Shown here piece by piece: positions 48,901 to 60,516 of a stretch of DNA of 64,000 nucleotides. The position numbers and the translations under genes are program-made. This stretch comes from Marsupella aquatica. Taxonomy: Eukaryota; Plantae; Marchantiophyta. The stretch lies in contig OZ316893.1 in the NCBI GenBank assembly GCA_973895155.1, forward strand, positions 7,836,963-7,900,962, read 5' to 3'. The notes beneath the pieces were generated by a model. It ran no database searches. It saw only the letters and a list, made by a program, of their open reading frames with translations, and had not been told where the DNA came from. How positions within the stretch are numbered: the first letter of the stretch is position 1; every line of letters starts with the position of its first letter.

Positions 48901-50652
48901 GTCCCTGACGGCCAGCTTCAAGGCCGACCTAAGGGAGAAGGACGAGATGCTTGAACAGACTTACGCCAAGATGAACCAGATGGAGTCTGTCATCATTGCA
49001 GAGCTCGACAAGGAGCTAAGAGCAACCCGGGAGGAGAGGACTACCTTGAAACAAGAACGGGAGGAAGCCCAGAAGGAACTAGAGGAGGCACAAAGGACCT
49101 GGATGAGACCCAGGAGGAGTTGGAGGAAATCACGAGGAAGATGGAGAACCTCCAGCGGCGGGCCGACAACCAAACGGAGCGGCTGAAGAAACAAGCCGCA
49201 GTATTTAAGTGCTTGTCTTCATCAGGCCCAACTCCAATTGGGGCAACCAAGTTACCAGGAGTGGTACTGGCCGAAGAAAAAGCCACGCCACCTGCACCAG
49301 TGCCGGAAGTAAGTGGGAAGGGGAAGGGACCAGCTGCCAAACCAGAAAAGAAGAAAAAGCGGAAACCTTCAGGGTCAAGGAGTAATCCGACTCCACAAGC
49401 CGTGGTGACCAAGGAGGTAGAACCAGCACCATCCTCCAGCATGAATACGGCAATAGATCCCGCTATCATCACAGGTGGGGGTGGTGCGGCCCAAGCCGAA
49501 ATACTCAGTAATGAGGCCGGTATTCCAGATCCGCCTCTTGAGCAGGCCGGGGAGACCGTAGCCGAGGCTGAGGCCGTAACCGATTCCCGAGCCGATGCCG
49601 ACGCCGATGGTGGACCCAGTCAGGCCGATGGAGAGTTGACTCAGTCAAGGGCAGGTAATCTGTCAGAGAATGAACCTACGGCAGTGGCTGAGGAGGAAGT
49701 GTTGGGGGCGTCCATTAAGGATCCACCACCGGTGTCGTGACGGTGCAAGGGCGTCGTTCGTTTTAGGGAGGGCGGACGTGGAGGGAGGAGGCGTGAGTGG
49801 GCAGGGCGGGCGCTGATCTCCAAGTTTAGGATTAGGATCAGGACCAGGAGCGGCCCTGACACTTAGCTTAGTGGGATTGCGGTTCCACTGGTAGGAGCAA
49901 CACTTGTGCTCCTGCCTTGCTGTACATAGGTAGATTCGGGCAAGTAGATTACTGTTAGGTAAATTAGGCTTACGATGCAAAGAATGGCGGATCCACTACC
50001 AGGATAAGTACCTGGGCAGCGGGGAGCTCAGGGCCTCTTCTTTAGCAAGTTTTTAGTTTGCACCAGCCGGGCTGGGATCAAGTAGTACGAGAAGCTCTCG
50101 GTTAGTCATACAGTGACCCTTGTGTATATTCATGTTTCCTCATGCCTAAGAGCTTAATAGAGTTGGCCTCACGGCTTAGTTCGCAGAGCTTGTGTATGAG
50201 ATGTACTGTTTGTATGGCAAGTGCATGGTATGACTCAGTCAGAATGAGTCATTTTGCTATTTGTGTGTCGCATTAACTTGTGTGAAGAGTGCCCACATCA
50301 ACCAAGAGGAAGGAAAGTAAGCAGGGGAGTGAGAGTTGGATGTGTCGAGCTGAGAGAGGTCTTAGTGGCTTAACCAAGCCTATTGGGGATCATTCCGGCG
50401 GCGGAATCCAAACATACCTAACAAGACGGAGGGGAAGACAGGGGAAGACCTAGATTAGGCCGACTACGTATCTCATGACCCGATGAAGGATCTGTCCAGT
50501 ATATGTGTGTAAAATGTTAATAGTAGTAGTAGAAGGTTAGCAGCGTCCCATGCCGCTAAGCCGCGGAAACGGCCTCGCCAAGCGCGAAACCTGCGGGAAT
50601 CGGCTTGAGCTGGGGGGTTTCTTGGGTTTAGGGAGCCATGGGACGCACCACA
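45991..50652 (+). mobile_element. GC-rich LTR-retrotransposon-like segment with TGTG..CACA ends, lacking gag-pol
   Basis: Sharp composition shift at both edges. Begins TGTGATGC and ends GCACCACA (imperfect inverted ends). No target-site duplication (catat vs gtttt). Confidence 0.5.
46106..49740 (+). pseudogene. Large Gypsy-accessory-type ORF (plant mobile domain/Transposase_32-like region + long coiled-coil), one stop and one frameshift
   Basis: EFVGSWEPETNCTRIYGKDFYLTPKVIAEVFGLP resembles Athila/Tat accessory ORFs. TAG at 48617 is in frame with 48620-49186. A 1-nt loss at ~49092 joins the heptads EEAQKELEEAQKDLDETQEELEE to 49120-49740. Confidence 0.6.
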
Positions 50653-51397
50653 GTTTTTCTTGAAGATCTAAATGATTGCTCTTAAGTAAATTGTCTCATA
50701 TTTATCTTTTGGCTCCCATGGATTTAGGATGGGACGTACAAGGTTTGTTTTGGTCTTTACTTGAAATCTTATTCATAATGAAATAAATAAAAATCACTCA
50801 ATTTAGAAAAGAAAAGTGCAACTTGTAACTGCCCACAACTAGTAGGTCAATACACAAAATGGAAGGGAGCCATAGGTGACAAAAGACCATCGTAGGGAAT
50901 AATAGGAGTTATGGTGCTGATATACATTCTCACCTACCTGCAGGCACGCGCCAGCACGCTCCAGCAGTACCAGCCAACAAGACTACGTTCCGCCATCCAT
51001 TGGCCACCCAGAGTAACTTGCATGTAGTAGACTGCTTTAATGTATGAATAAAAGACATCACGTAGCCACTCCTGTCCAGGTTGATGTCAGAATTTGATTC
51101 TTTCCTACTTCCCTCGCATCATTTATGTGCAGTTATTGATCAGTTGATGATTTGGATTTTCTGGCAGTTTATTGAGCTACTCAATTGCATTTTTAATTAT
51201 GATATGTATTCCAAGGGCATCAATTATGCCTAGGAGCGCTAAGGTACGTGCATTATGTGCTAAACAATAAGGAATAACCATCGTAGCTTCAGTTGGTATT
51301 CTCATGATTTACTAGCCTTGCAATACTAGTGCCAGAATGATGTTCAGTTTGTGCAAAGCCTATACATTCCTGTTTATTGTAGCTTGTAAGTACGTAC

Positions 51398-51610
51398 TAT
51401 ATATGGTCCTGTTTGTTGCACACTGCTTTTTCTCGTAAATTGTGTCATTGTATGGTCAGAATTGTGTCAAAACTGTGTCCTTGTAAGTGGTCAGAATTGT
51501 ACTGTATATGGTCCTGTTTGTTGCACACTGCTTTTGCTCGTTAAATGTGTCATTGTATGGTCAGAATTGTGTCAAAAATTGTGTCATTACAAGTGGTCAG
51601 AATTGTGTCG
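51398..51610. repeat. ~105-bp tandem duplication with TGGTCAGAATTGT subunits
   Basis: TATATGGTCCTGTTTGTTGCACACTGCTTTT occurs twice and TGGTCAGAATTGT four times. Confidence 0.85.
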
Positions 51611-52148
51611 TAAAATATGCTTATGTTGGTCATCGTATACTATCGTGCAGAAAGGCTATTGATCTATTGTTGCCACTCTCAGCCTAGCTATCCTTTGTAA
51701 GCATATTGAATTTTTCTGGAAATTATGTTCATTTTTTTGCTAAGTCTCGTCAATATATGTTTGCATGTTGAATCTCCTTTGTGCTCTCGTGAGTAGATTC
51801 TAGTAAATTAATGTCAACATGCTCTTGTGCTAACTTGATATTTATGGGTGCTTGTGTGCAGAAACTTACCATGAAGACCATACTAGCTAATTAGCTTGCT
51901 GCAGGAATATTGAGCTACACGAACATACTGCCGATGATAAGGTGGAGGAAGGTGAGGATGATATCAAGGCACAAGCTTGCAGTCTTGGTAAGCCACAAAA
52001 ATCATTCCTCGGTGTTTTACAAATAGTCCTCCTGAACTTGAATTGGTTGGATCCACCTGCTGCTGCTCATTGTTTTCGGCCACCTCCTCTTGCTCCTTGG
52101 TTGGCTCCATCTTTCCCTCCTCTTCCTTCTCTGTAATAACATTCACCT

Positions 52149-52530
52149 CCTCTTTGGTTGGATCTAAGTCCTTGTTCCTTGCTGAGAGTTCGTCCGCAGA
52201 TTTAGTGACCATTCCTTAATTCTATCTCAAAATGAGTCCACATCTTTGCATCTCCCTGAAAGTCGCCAATGATCCGCCTCTTTGGTTGGATCCAAGTCCT
52301 TGTTCCTTGCGCTGAGAGTTCGTCCGCAGATTTAGTGACCATTCCTTAATTCTATCTCAAAATGGGTCCACAGCTTGGCATCTCCCTAAAAGTCGCCAAT
52401 GATCCTCCTCTTTGGTTGGATCCAAGTCCTTGTTCCTTGCTGAGAGTTAGTCCGCAGATTTAGTGTCCATTCCTTAATTCTATCTCAAAATGAGTCCACA
52501 GCTTCGCATCTCCCTGAATTAAAATTGCCA
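52149..52530. repeat. ~128-bp tandem repeat, 3 copies
   Basis: CCTCTTTGGTTGGATC..GTCCGCAGATTTAGTG..CATTCCTTAATTCTATCTCAAAATG recurs at ~52149, 52277 and 52406. Confidence 0.92.
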
Positions 52531-53200
52531 ATGATACATGACGAGTTAAGGCACTCAGGGCGAAGCCCGTAGTTTCCCAGCGCAGGGTTATCACAAATTT
52601 TTACGATATGTCCAACCTCCATGACATAAGTTAGTACCTGTCCAACTTTTTGCTCGCAAGGACTGCAGCCCACAAAATGGGTCATGAGTGGCCTCCTCAT
52701 CTGTGCGCATTCTATATTCATCGCTGAATAGCCTGCTCCAGTAGTGCCATTCCCCACTCAGCACAATATCAGTCTCGAAGTACACTTTAGATGCCCACCT
52801 CTCGTTAAGAGCAAATAGACCAAGCTAGACTGGTGGTCTGTGAGCTCCATTGATGGCCTATCAAGAAAAGTGCACAAAAAGTCTCTTGTGAGATTTGCTG
52901 ACGCAGCCCATCTGTCCGAAAGGTCTAATGACCACTGACAATTTTGTATGAACATGTCTCCGGTGCTGATCCCATTGTATTTCTTTAGGTCGAACACTTC
53001 ATGCTCGTTCACCCGGCCCATAGCACAAGGTTGTAGCCACTGATCGACATTGTACATGCGGACCAGAGCAAATATATAATTTAGCTCACTTGCACGATTG
53101 CCCGCACATCGCACTTCGTGAATGGGTCTACACATTGTGCTGAAAATGAAGACCTTGTCCGTCATTTTATTTTATTTTATTGTGCTCACACATCCGCCAT
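52485..53200 (-). pseudogene. Decayed Cys-rich ORF of unknown function
   Basis: ORFs 52758-53165 and 52485-52757 are in one frame, separated by a single TGA. No recognisable domain. Confidence 0.35.
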
Positions 53201-53477
53201 CCTGGAGCTGGATAAGGCAATTTTAAATGACGCACTAGAGAGTCAATGTCGAGATATAGCAGTGTTAAAAACATAATTTTACCTTTCAACCGGGATTTTA
53301 AAATCCATACTTGTGAACACAGCATCACTATCGGTCCACAAAATCCACTCCACATCTGGGCTGTTTATATATCATCATCACTAAATTAAGAATTGGAAGC
53401 TTCGCAAACCAATCTTAGTTCTGATATGTTCATAAAACACGAACGGCCGTCATTGCGTGAAATGCTAGCTGTGAACT

Positions 53478-53700
53478 GTCTGATCTGCGTTGCTCTTGTC
53501 AGCATTACTCTGATGTAATTGGATTGCTCTGTGCTAATGAATCCGCTCTGGTCTACATTGCTCTTGTCAGCATTACTCTGACGTAATTGGATTGCTCTGT
53601 GCTCTGTGCTAGTGAATCCGCTCTGATCTGTGTTGCTCTCCTCAGCATTACTTTGACACGTAATTGGATTGCTCTGTGCTAGTGAATCAGCTTTGTGCTC
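53478..53700. repeat. ~70-bp tandem repeat, 3 copies
   Basis: TTGCTCTTGTCAGCATTACTCTGA..GTAATTGGATTGCTCTGTGCTA x3. Confidence 0.88.
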
Positions 53701-53711
53701 ATGGCCAGATA

Positions 53712-55050
53712 TATTGCTTTGTGCTAATGATATATCATGCTGAAAATGTCAATTTATATATGGTTACCACTCTTGCTTTAGTCTATGGTTGATCATAAAC
53801 ATATTGAATGTTCCGAAATCTTCTTTTTCAGAAATTTATTGATCAATATACGTGTTCAATGTCAATATATCTTGTTTGACTCTGCTCTACTGGATGTCTT
53901 GGTCTGGTAACATTCCAAATCAGAGTCTCATCTGCGAATCGTCAATCATAATTCTTAACAGGACAATTATAAAATGAATAGGTTGAGCTAGGAACCACGA
54001 AAAAAGCGAAATAAATGGAGATGGGTTGATCAGCTGACAAGTTATCTCTGCAGTGTGCAATCGATTAATTTTGACATGTTCATGCATGTCAGACATGGGC
54101 TTATGTGTAAAATGCTGGCTAAGTTTGGCCTTTACTTACAATGTCATGCGGGGTGCTTGCTTTGACGGACTGGACGGGGTGCTTGCTTTGACGGACTGGA
54201 CTCCGAATGCAGTTGAGCGAGCTTGATATAGTTCCATCAATGGAGCCTCTATGATGGTGTCCAAATTCAAGGTAAACCACACCATTGAGCTGAGAACACC
54301 TAATTTGTCACTCCTTAGATCGAAGGTCCCATAAAAGGCTAGCTAGTACCATAGTCAGCTGGACTTGCGAATTGCATGCCTAGCTAATGAACATGAAAAT
54401 GACAAACAAGGCTTCTCTATTGTCTGCGGGAATCTAAGGACATTATATCCAGCTAATGATCAGAAGAGATTTTTGGAGAGAACCAGACAAGACGAGCTTT
54501 GTGATTGTAAACCGAGGTTGGACGAGCCGTGAAAGTGCAGCAATTCAAATTAAGTACGGACTTTTTGTTTGCAGTGGACAACTGCTTGTTTGAATTGAGT
54601 TTTAGCTCATACGTAGCTAGTGTCAGATTAGACAGTTTCAACTTAGTGAAGTAGTCCACGCTAGGCTATACTATAATTAACTCGGTCCTAGTGAATGACA
54701 TATATACAATTGTGAGCGTTTGACCTATGTTGTAACTCACAGCTAATTAAGTGAACTTAAGTTCGATCGGGTCAGCCAGGTAGCCCATAGACTGATGCTT
54801 CTCACTGAGTATTTGAAAACCAAAAAATGAGTCAAATGCTTTGTGCTAATGATATATTGCTTTGTGCTAATCATGTATCATGCTGAAAATGTCAATTTAT
54901 ATATGGTTACCACTCTGGTTTTAGTCTGTGGTCAATCGTAAACATATTGAATGTTCCGAAATCTTCTTTTTCAGAAATTTATTGATCAATATACGTGTTC
55001 AATGTCAATATATCTTGTTTGACTCTGCGCTGCTGGATGTCTTGCTCTGG
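53712..55050. repeat. ~200-bp direct repeat pair (53712-53908 and 54855-55050)
   Basis: Shared TCATGCTGAAAATGTCAATTTATATATGGTTACCACTCT...GAAATTTATTGATCAATATACGTGTTCAATGTCAATATATCTTGTTTGACTCTGC. Confidence 0.9.
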
Positions 55051-55517
55051 TTGATATTCCCACAAATTTGTGTTAACATTTATATCATGTTAACTGAATA
55101 TATATGGGTGCTTGTGTACAGATCGAACCATGAAGATCGATTATGCTCGAAACCATGTCAGACAGTGGACTTAATGTAGCCAATGACTAGTTATAGCTAA
55201 CTTGTTGCACAAGTAGAAGCTTATGGTTGATGTCTATAAAGCGCGCGAAGAAGGCTTCTTACCTGAAGTCTTTTTTAGAAATTGATATTTTTCCCACCTA
55301 TGATTATGCCCAGTATGCCCAGGGACTTTACTCAATCGAGACCTAGCTCGAACTTTTTGGTAGTCTATGTACCTGTCCAAACATCTGATCCAGGTGTCGA
55401 CTCCATCTCAGAAATAACTCCAATATTTCTGTGATTATCTCTGATAATCGAGAGCCTATTGGTTAGCTGGTATCTTACTTAGGTTCCTAATGATCGAGGC
55501 TGTTAAGTTTAAATGAA

Positions 55518-58500
55518 ATGTCAACATCCATTTATCCCCCTAGCGATCCAAAAGTAGTGAGATGTGAGTGCAAATACCGTTGTTCACGACTCCCACAAGG
55601 ATTTGATTTTGTGAGTGTGAGGTCAAGGCAATATCATGCAAAGAAAGATGAGGAGGGGGCTTTCATTGATGTTAGGCGCCTTTCTAACAGTGCTGGGTTT
55701 TGCGGAGAAGGCCAATCCTCTGGCCAATCACCTATTGTTGGCTCTGCACAACTCCATATGAATAGGTACCAGCGGTGGTCCCGTCACAGGAGTTATCTAG
55801 AAAGAGCATTTCTTGGCGCCCATGCAAATGCCCATGCTATACCTGAGACTGCAGTCAGTCCAAGTGAGTCACCTCCTAGTGAATTCTTGGAATCAAGAGA
55901 GAGTGGTCACGTTGACACTAGTACTCCTCCTCTTTCAGAAGACCATGGCGATGACAATAGTACTCCCCTTGGAGAAGACCCTGCAGAATCTGCCCACTCT
56001 GCACAGCATGTTCCAGAAGAATTGTCGTTATCCCTCCATGATGCCATTCATCGAGAAACAATGAGACTAAACTCATTGCTTGATGAGGCCAAAGTTCCAG
56101 TGGATTTGCAAGACAAAATTCTTAGATGTTTGTTTGAAGGAACTGATGGGTGTATTGTCAATGATGACTATAGAGGCATGAAAATAGGCCCTCTATTGAG
56201 ACATGCAGGCCCTGTTTGGGATGCTGGACCCTTTGGCTTATCATCATTGGGAACCTTCAAAGGTTTGGAAGCTTCATATCAGACTATGGGGGCGCCACAA
56301 CCAGAGCGGTGGCAAATGTGCCTTGGATCCAGTGGTAACCACCATGAAGCTGTTGTCTTTGGTCCAAGCAAACAAGAGGATTTGAATTTCTCAACTTCTC
56401 TTAAGTGCTCTTGCCAAGCAACAAGCAGCTCATGTGCACGGACTCTTCAAAGAGACTGTGAAACCTGTACAGAGCGTTGTACATCTCCTGGATGTGGTAA
56501 AAAAAGGAAGAATATGCTAAAGTTTGACTATATCCCCATAGCACCATTGATCCGAAAATTGTGTTTGTCACGAAGTGTTTGTCATGAGATTCTCACAATG
56601 TGGCGAGATAAGAGCAAGTGGCTTCACAGTGGTAATCCTTCTCAAGATAATGTCATCAGGGAATGGTGGGATGGATCAGTAGCCAAAGAAAAATCTTGGT
56701 TTTGGGATCCAGCTCAAACATTTGAGCTTCCAGTTTTGTGTCGATCATGTTATGCTGCCTACCAGACATATCCTCACAAATGCGACTTGCTGAGGGACAA
56801 AATGATCATAGAAGATAGAGTTACTTTTTACAAGTTTGATTGTGCATGTGGAGCCCATATCAAGACCCAACAAATTTATTCACGGGTAGGAATGTTACAT
56901 ATTCCAAAGACTCGATTTGTTTGTTCAGTATGTTCGTTTTTTTCTTTTCACTGTTTTTTTTACATACACACTGGTTCTTAGCTTTAACCGAAGGTCAATT
57001 TGTTGTGCTTCCTCTAATTTTCTTTGGATTTCAATTTGTGATCAGGGTGATCCTCGAAATCTTGCATTGATGGCTCACTGGGATGGATTTCAGTCTGCAA
57101 GGTCCAGTTATCGAAGCACTTGGACGGTGGAAATCAGTATACTCAACATGGGCATCAGATCGGAAATGGAGCCTATTCCTGTATTGTTTATACCACATAG
57201 TCAGACAGAGAAATTGATTAAGCGAAAGTTCAATAACTTAGATGCTTTCCTGGAGCCACTTATTAGAGACCTTCAAGAGCTATTTGTTGATGGGTTTGTT
57301 TGCCATTTTTCGTACCCAGCTGAGGTAATTCATCCCATGATCAGAACTGGTACATTCAGATGTAGATGTCAATTGTGCATATTCACCGGAGATCATCCTG
57401 CCCAATGTAAGTTTGGTGGGTGGTGTATCAAGGGCTATTCTGCATGTAGAAGGTGTTGTATGAAAGGGACTTGGAAAAAACATCCCAATAGATCTACTCG
57501 AGGACCAGGAGGCACGGTGGTCTATTGTGGCAATCGTTATCTACTTCGACATCCACCAGCAAAAAGGGACTTAAGTGCTGCACAAAATGGTGCTGAGGAC
57601 CTTGTGCGCTGCACATCCAGGGCCCAACAAGTCATCATCTCTCAAGAGTGTGGGCTTAGCAAGAAAACCAAGGCTTGGAGATTATATAACACTTTTAATT
57701 TCTGCTTGATAAATGATCTAGTTTATGACGTTATGCATGTGATGGCCCTTAATTTGTTCAAAACTTATGTTGAGAATCTGATGCAACAACTCTCATCATC
57801 AGAGAAAAAGATCTTGGAGGAGGCTTTGGCAGAAATAACTGCCAATAAGCCTAAATCTCTTGATGGGCGGTGGCCTACAGACCCTTCAAATAGGCTGGGC
57901 TTTTTCAAGGCTGAGGAATATGTAAGATTTGTAACATATTGTTTGCCTCACATATTGCAGAGGCTAGGAATAGGAATTGACACAAGTCTAGGTTCCATTG
58001 GCATGCTGTTATGCAAGATTGGTAGACTCTTTTACATACAGAGTAGGGAAGAAGGGTGGCACAAATCAACCTTAGAGAAGGCACGGAATTTGCTGGCTTC
58101 CTGGCGAGTGAGGAGTGAAGAAGCCTTTGGCAGTAATGGTTCCATCTTGGAACACGTAGCAGGTGACTACATTCTATCATTCTTATAGATATCTGGTTCA
58201 TGTATGTTGCCAGTTTGTCTGAATACTTGGAATTAATCAACTTAGTTGGTACGTGAAAGTATGTTGGTTCACACATAGATATAATTGCACTGAACAGGTT
58301 AGCTCTTTATTCATTTAATTTGTTGGTTAAATATATGTTGTGCTCACTGGCCTGTATTGCAATCCACTTGTCTTGCTCAACAATTAATCTTGGATGTTGC
58401 ATTTCTTGTAGGCAGCGGGGAGCTAGTGGATGATATTGAACGTCATGGTCCACACTGGGGTTATTGGTGTTACAGGTTTGAAAGAATGGTCTCAGGCTAT

Positions 58501-59867
58501 GGAAGGACAACCACAAACAACAAAGAGAAGGAGCAGACATACACTAGTCATCATGCTAGACTATTTTTCACTAAAATTTCAATTAGAACATGGGAAGATG
58601 ACGATGGCTTTTTGCCATATCAACGTGCATTGGTCACAGTGCACAATCATCTTCGGCCTACAAGAACCCACCAGGATGAGCATGCAGTGAGAGATAAGCG
58701 TAGCTTGACATGCCCACAATGGCACGAGAGGTGCACTATTATAGCATCATCACAAGTGCAGGCTCTTCAAATTTGGAAGAATCTGAGCCTATCACATGTA
58801 AATTCCCATTGCAAAATTTCAATCTTGCATCGAGGAATTGGAGTTGGCATGGTCTCTAATCGAGTGAAGAAGACGTATCTACTGATACATTAAATTTCTT
58901 GGAGATGCATTGGGCTAAGTACAGTGTGTTAACAGACTACAACAAAGTGACGATGGAAAGGAAAGTGACCCCAATAAAATCTGTTGTAGTGAGGGGAGTA
59001 CTTTTTAGAACTGGGGACCACGTAGTAGTGCTAACTGATGAAGAAGATGACCCAGGCTATTGTTGGAACTGGAGGGCAGTCATTAGTAAATTCTTCCTTC
59101 ATGAGTTCATGGGCTGTCAGGATATTTTTTTTGAAGGACGTTGGTTTGGTATAAAGAGAACCACCGAAAATCCACCAAGGATGGTAACAGATAGTCATTA
59201 TGGTATGCCTGTGTTGCTGGCAACTCCTGAGTCTTACCAGGACAACAATTGTCGGCCAGTGGCTAGGTTGCTGCACAAGTTTTTGCCAGTTCCACGTACA
59301 TGTGTGGGCACCAATGGCAGGCATTCGGCTGAGATAGTGTGTCTGGAACTCTCAGACCAAACAGAATGTCATCATATAGAAGAGAAATTTCTCCATATTT
59401 GTCCAACTTATCCACATACAAATGACCTTGTTCATGTTAGATCTACTTCAGGTTTCAGGCTTGCTGCTGTTAGACAAGTGGACATTTCATCTACAGAAGA
59501 AGATGTGCCAATGGTAGACCTGGATGATGACGATGGAGATGTACATACCCGTGTAGGTAGCAATGGAATGGAATCCATGGAGGACATACCGCACAATTTA
59601 GAGTCTGAGCCCGGGTTTCCGCCATCAGCTGATTCTTCAAGACCATCACAAGAATTCAGTGATTTTAATGTTCACATCAGTTGGGTAAACAAGATCCATT
59701 CTTCCCGGCACTCAGGCGGGTCCACAAGGTCAACTGAGGAGTGGAGAGCAATGGAACAAGTCTCTGCCCGGGTACCTATTGCTGACATTGAAGGGTTACA
59801 ACATGGATTAGAAGCCATTCTGTATTCACTAGGAGGCATTCCAATAAGATGGTCTTCTCGAAATTGA
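55518..59867 (+). pseudogene. Second, divergent CACTA/EnSpm-type (Transposase_21) transposase with C-terminal BAH-like region
   Basis: Exons 55518-56885, 57046-58162 and 58412 onward. Motifs PRNLALMAHWDGF, LDAFLEPLIRDLQEL, FTGDHPA, YDVMH, FKAEE and HGPHWGYWCYRFER. Frameshift at ~58865. FRTGDHVVV..WRAVISKFF..FFEGRWF is BAH-like. Confidence 0.85.
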
Positions 59868-60516
59868 TAATTGATCATTCCTGTGAGTAAGTGCCTCTCT
59901 ACCTATCTTCTCACCGTGACTGTTTGAGGAAGTTGTTTTCCTCTCCTTAGGCCTTTACTTAAGTTGTGAGCAGGACACCTAGCTTGATGTGTGTACTTGA
60001 CATTCCTTGCCTACATATATATCTGATATATGACCATACAATTTCAGTTGGTGTCTGATCATAGACTCGATCAGCTGTACGTCTCATAAATGCATGTACG
60101 TGTTGTGTTTTTATCATGTTAGTTATATATATTGTAAACACAGAAGGTGCATGTCTGGTATATATTTCGTGAACGATAACTTGTACGTAGGTGAAGGGAT
60201 CTCAAGTCTGGACTGTAGTTCCCTTCCCAGTTCCTAGCTAGCTTGGATGCATGAAAGTGTACTTGTGTTTGAAAAGAGTATACGTAGAAGCTGTATTTAA
60301 GCAGTAGATAATTAATTGATTTCATATATGTAATTAATGCCTTCTATGAAATGATATTAATATGAGTTTATGTGACTTCACTTATATTTAAAAAACAGTA
60401 GAAGCTGTACTTAAGCAGTAGGTAATTCACTTCATGTAATATATATGAGGTTCGATGAAATGATATATATATATATATATGATCGAGTTTATTTGACTGA
60501 TTTCAAGATTTTGCAG

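Noticed and set aside
53712-55050. 200-bp direct repeats as LTRs of a TRIM
   Set aside because: No TG..CA ends, primer-binding site or TSD are evident, and a third older copy suggests local duplication.
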